NCBI GenBank assembly: GCA_014905635.1
Contig: CM026547.1
Location: 806,001 to 870,000 of the forward strand
DNA from: Scenedesmus sp. PABB004
Taxonomy: Eukaryota
Direction: 5' to 3'
DNA length: 64,000 nucleotides
The first letter of the stretch is position 1. The number at the start of each line of letters is the position of its first letter. Below, one piece after another: positions 59,721 through 64,000 of this stretch. The translations under genes and the position numbers were made by a program. Under the pieces are notes generated by a model. The model worked only from the letters and a program-made list of their open reading frames with translations, made no database searches and was not told the origin of the DNA.

Positions 59721-60083
59721 CCGGCGGCGCGGCGGATAGCCGGGCCCGCCGCCAGCGCGCCGCCGCGCGGCGAGGGGACCCCCGGCGGGCGCCTGGCGCC
59801 GCGCGGGTGCGTTGGGAGGAGGCGGCGGCCGGCGTGGCGGCACTGCACGGGCCGGCCCTTGCTTAATTGACCGGCAGCAGGTCTTTGGGGCGTCGGCATG
59901 CGCCCGCCCGTCTCCGCGCCCGCGCCGCTCGCGCGCCCCCACCCTGTGCCAGGCGATCACGCGCGCCGAGAGCCCCGCCACGCGCGATCGGTCGGACCGC
60001 GGCGAGCGCCAGGGACGCGGCCCCGGCACATGCGACGCTAGCGAGGCACGCCGCGGCCCCAGGGCGGCACCATTCGCGCCGGC

Positions 60084-60946
60084 ATGGCGACCGAGGATGG
60101 TGATGCCGCGTACACGGCGTCGGAGCGCTATTTCTGCCCCTTTCCGGGCTGCAAGCGCAGTTTCGCTGAGCTGTGGCGCCTGAAGGTGCATTACAGGTGA
60201 GCCACTCGCGTCCCGTGCGCGCCGGCGCGGACGGGCCGGCCGGGAACGAGCCCCGCCCGACCGCGGCGCCCCGCGCAGGGCGCCCCCGGACATCCGGGGC
60301 AGCGGCAAGGAGCGCGGGCACGGCACGGAGCTCACGCATTGCCCCAAGTGCGGCAAGGGCCTCAAGCCGGGCAAGCACCACGTGGGCTGCGCCGGCGGCA
60401 AGTCGGCGCCGCGCGCGGCCAAGCGGAGCAGGCAGCTGGTGCGCCCGCCGCGCGACGGGGGGGCATTGCACCGGCCGCGCGCGCCCCGGGGCGAGCGGGG
60501 GCTGCGAACCGGCCGACGCGCCGCCCGCCGCGGCGCGCCGGCGCGGGGGTGGGGCGCCCGGGCGGGGAATCCCGCCCATGCTGCTCGCCGCCCGCCACGC
60601 GCCCGCCAGGCCGCCGCCAATGCCGCGCTGATGGCGCCGGAGACGCTGGGCCACCACGACCCGGCGGCCATGTACGCGGCGGGCATGATGCTGCCGCCGG
60701 GCTACGGCGGCGGCGCCGTGCCGGGCGCGCTGCCGGGCGGCAACGGCTACGGCGCCGGCCAGCTGGGCGCGCCGTACGGCCAGCAGTTTGCGCAGCAGCC
60801 CGGCTACGGCCAGCAGTACGTGCACGCCGACATGGCCTATTATGCCGCGACAGCGATGTGCGCGCCGCCGCGCCGCGCTGCGCAGCGCCACCGCCGCGCC
60901 TGCCCGCGCGCGCGCGCCGCGGGCCGCGCCGCGCGCGCGCCGCTCA

Positions 60947-60979
<33 letters not shown>

Positions 60980-62464
60980 TCGCGCAGGCCCGGCGGCGTG
61001 ATGCCGCAGCTGCAGGGGCAGCAGCCGTCGCCGACGCTGGGCGGGCTCGGCGTCGCGGACCCGAGCGGCCAGCAGCAGCTCCTGCCGCCGCCGGGCGGCG
61101 GCAGCGGCGAGATGATGCAGCTGCAGGGCATGCAGCCGTACGGCTACGCGGCGCAGGGCCAGGCGCAGCAGCCGCTGGGCGTGCACGACCCGAGCGGCCA
61201 GCTGCTGGCGCCGCCGGGGCATCAGCCGCAGCTGGGCGGGCTCGACCTCCAGGCGCACATGATGCTGCAGCAGCAGCACCACGCGGCGCCGCACGCGGCG
61301 CAGCAGCAGCAGCAGCAGCAGCAGCAGGCGCACGTCAAGCAGGAGCCGCTCGCGCCGCTCGGCGCGATGCCAGGCCTGCCAGGCCTGCCCGGGGGCGCGG
61401 GCTTCATGCCGGCGCAGCACCACGCGCAGGCGCCCGGTTACCACCTGCCGCCGCAGGACGCGGCGGCGGCGGGGCTCATGCCGCCGCCGCCGCCCGTCCC
61501 GCTGGCGCAGCTGCCGGCGACGGCGGCGGCGGCGCAGCAGCAGCAGCAGGCGCTGCTGCCGCAGGCGCCGGGCGGGCCGCCGCCCGGCGCGCCGCCGGGC
61601 GGCCGCATCAGCAGCACCATGTTTGACGACATCGACAGCCTCGGCGGGCACGACGCGCCGGGCGGCGCGCCCGGCGGCCCGCCCGGCGGCGCGCCCGGCG
61701 CGCAGGGCGGCGGCCCCGGCGGCGCGCCGGGGCGCGTGCCGAGCCCGCCGCCGCTGCCGGCGGACTTCCCGTCGGCGCTCGGCTGCGGCACGCTCTTCAA
61801 CTTTGCCCAGTTCAGCGGCCGCATGCCCGCGGCGGGCGGGCCGAGCCAGCAGATGGCGATGATGCCGCGCGGCATGGAGGCGGAGCTCCCGCCGAGCATG
61901 GACGAGCTGTGGACGCCCGAGGCGACGTACGACCACCACAGCGACGGCGACCTCATGCAGCTGCTCTTTGGCGCGCCGGAGCAGCCGCCGACGATGGCCA
62001 CCATCCACCTGCACCACTTCCTCGAAGACGACGCGTGCAGCAGCCCGCTGCTCGGCGGCATGCTCGGCGGCAGCATGGACGACCTCGCGGCCGCGGGCGC
62101 CAAGGCCGCGGCCGCCGGCGGCGGCGGCGCTGGCGCGCCGGGGGGGCAGCAGCAGCCGCAGCCGCCGCAGCTCAAGCTCGAGCAGCTGGCGCCCGGGGGC
62201 GGGCAGCAGCAGCCCAGGCGGCAGCCCGAGCAGCAGCAGCAGCAGCAGCAGCAGCACCAGCAGCACCTGCAGCACCAGCAGCAGCACTCGGCGCAGCAGT
62301 GCGGCGCGGCCGCCGCGCACGCGGCGCCGCTCAACGGCACCAACGGCGTGCTCGGGGGCCAGTGTGGCGCGGCGTCGGTGCAGCTGCAGCTGCACGTGCA
62401 GCTGGAGGCCAGCGCTGGCGGCGTGCAGATCAAGGGCGAGGCCATGGCCAGCCGCGCGACGTGA
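60084..62464 (+). CDS. CCM1: CCM1/CIA5 zinc-finger regulator of the CO2-concentrating mechanism, 4 exons
   Basis: CPFPGCKRSFAELWRLKVHY|RAPPDIRGSGKERGHGTELTHCPKCGKGLKPGKHHVGC is nearly identical to Chlamydomonas CIA5 as I recall it. Exons 60084-60196, 60279-60438, 60610-60857 and 60988-62464. Exon 1 is absent from the ORF track. TGTAA at 63421-63425. Confidence 0.92.
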
Positions 62465-63548
62465 CGCCCTCGGCGCGCACGACCGGCGGGCGGGGCCATC
62501 CAAGCGGGGCTGCGGGCCGCGCGGGCGAGGGGGATGCTTAACGCTCTGCAGGCCTGCCTGGTGCGTGCCCGTCAGGCGCAAGTGGTGGTGTGGGGTGCAC
62601 GAGGCCGCGCCCGGCGGCGGCCTCCGGAGACGCCATGAACCCGCTGGGTTGGGCGGGGCGCTCGTATTACCAGGGCCGTGTGCTGGTTTGGGGGCAAAGC
62701 ACGCGCGGTGTGCTGGAGTGGCAGCCGAGCGCTGCGCGGGCCTGGCCCGGCCAGGCCGGGCGCGCGCCGGCGCGCCGCCCGCCCCTCGGGCCACCGCCGG
62801 GGCGCCGCTGTTTTGGCACGGCTCGCGGCACGGCCCCCACGCGTGCGTGTGTGCGAGCGCGCGTGGGCCGGCAGAGCTGCCGCCGCCCCTGCTGCTGCGA
62901 GCATGACGCGGCGCCCACGCGCCGACACGCCACGCGCGCGCGCCGGGCGCCGGGCGCGGCGGCGGCCGCCCGAGCTGCCGCCGCCGGCGCCCGGGCGCCC
63001 ATGCCGGTGTCCGTCGAGCGTGTGCGGCGCCTCCAACCCAACCTCCTCTCGGTGCCCCGTACCCCTATTACCCCCTGCATGCATGCCGAGGCCACGTGCA
63101 CTCGCCACCCCTCTTGGGGGGCGGCGCAGCACGGGCGCGGACGCTCCCGCGCGCGCGTGTGCTCGGGCGCCGCCGTCGCGTGGTCGGGCGCCGCCGTGTG
63201 GCGGCTGGCTGCCTGCGCGCTCTGATTGCCTGGAGAGGCCTTGCCAGTCCCGCCGCGCCCGAGTTGTTTGTTTTGTGCCACGCTCATGGGTGGGCCAGCT
63301 TGGCCGCGGCGATGCGAGCACTGGAATTGCTGTCGGGCGGTGCTGGCGCGCGGCTGCGCGGCCGGCCATGGCGTATGGACACCACCCAAAACCGCGCGGG
63401 CTTTCTCGTACGACCACTGCTGTAACTCCCCTTTTCTTACCGCCACGATCCAGCAGCTCCGCACCGCACCGCCGCCGACAGCCCGGCACGCGAGCAGCAG
63501 GCCGCGCTGCCGCCGCTGCTGCTGCCGCCTCTGCGGCCGTCGCCGCTC

Positions 63549-64000
63549 ATGGGCGACAGCCTGGAGCTGCTGCAGACGCTGCAGGGCCACACAGACCGCG
63601 TCTGGCACTGCGCGTGGTCGCCCGACGGTGCGGCGGCCGCGGCGGATGGCGGCCCGCCGCTGCGCCCGCCCCCGCGCCCAGCGCGGCTCGATCGCCCCCG
63701 CAGGCAGCGCCCTGGCCTCCTGCAGCGGAGACCGCACCGTCCGCATCTGGAGCCGCAGCGCGCAGCGCGAGCGCGGGTGGCGCTGCGCCGCCGTGCTCGA
63801 GGACACGCACACCAAGTCCATCCGCAGCTGCTGCTGGTCCCCGGGCGGCACGCACCTGGCCACCGCCAGCTTCGACGGCAGCACCTCCATATGGCAGCTG
63901 CAGGGCGGGCTGTGGGAGGAGGTGCGCCGCCGGCGCTGGCTGCGTCGGCGCGGGCGCTGCCGCTGCGCTGGCGCTGGCGCCGCCGCCCCGGCCGGCGACC
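63549..64000 (+). CDS. CIAO1: Cytosolic Fe-S assembly WD40 protein CIAO1/Cia1, 3'-truncated
   Basis: LQGHTDRVWHCAWSPD|GSALASCSGDRTVRIW...HTKSIRSCCWSPGG.HLATASFDG. Confidence 0.88.
   Translation, partial: MGDSLELLQTLQGHTDRVWHCAWSPDGAAAAADGGPPLRPPPRPARLDRPRRQRPGLLQRRPHRPHLEPQRAARARVALRRRARGHAHQVHPQLLLVPGRHAPGHRQLRRQHLHMAAAGRAVGGGAPPALAASARALPLRWRWRRRPGRR

Noticed and set aside
34582..62464. Carbon-metabolism gene cluster (PPT, PDH E1-alpha, CCM1)
   Set aside because: The genes are interspersed with unrelated housekeeping genes, so there is no evidence of functional clustering.
1..64000. Hundreds of long overlapping Arg/Ala/Pro-rich ORFs on both strands
   Set aside because: Expected when stop codons are rare at this GC content. 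They are shadows or intron read-through of the spliced genes.
1..64000. tRNA, rRNA, transposase or viral genes
   Set aside because: None recognised. The capping enzyme is intron-rich and of the cellular plant/animal type, not viral.

Overview
Extremely GC-rich (roughly 80% by eye), gene-dense, intron-rich eukaryotic nuclear DNA. Gene content (CCM1/CIA5, RPH1, plastid PDH E1-alpha, plastid PEP translocator, complex I ferredoxin) and TGTAA poly(A) signals point to a chlorophycean green alga, probably Sphaeropleales-like (inference). Most long ORFs in the supplied track are GC artefacts. About 25 genes, most of them spliced, can be rebuilt by hand: M3 peptidase, SnoaL-like protein, coiled-coil protein, ERp29, mRNA capping enzyme, ABCG transporter, RRP15, RPH1, eIF5A, At4g15545-like protein, PPT, LRR protein, an ABCD4-type transporter, C1-FDX, RPA2, PDH E1-alpha, CAF-1 p60, a degenerate FAD monooxygenase, a Nudix hydrolase, a tail-anchored protein, TMEM33, CCM1 and CIAO1. 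The standout is the minus-strand gene at 39347-42896. It looks like an ABCD4 (CblJ, lysosomal vitamin B12 exporter) orthologue with an MMADHC/CblD-like B12-trafficking domain inserted between its membrane and ATPase domains, and its first intron holds a near-perfect 154-nt hairpin. Other signals are a candidate bicistronic locus, many GC-AG introns, and polarised G-rich/C-rich and telomere-like intron sequence. All family assignments come from remembered motifs, not database searches, and all splice sites are manual predictions.
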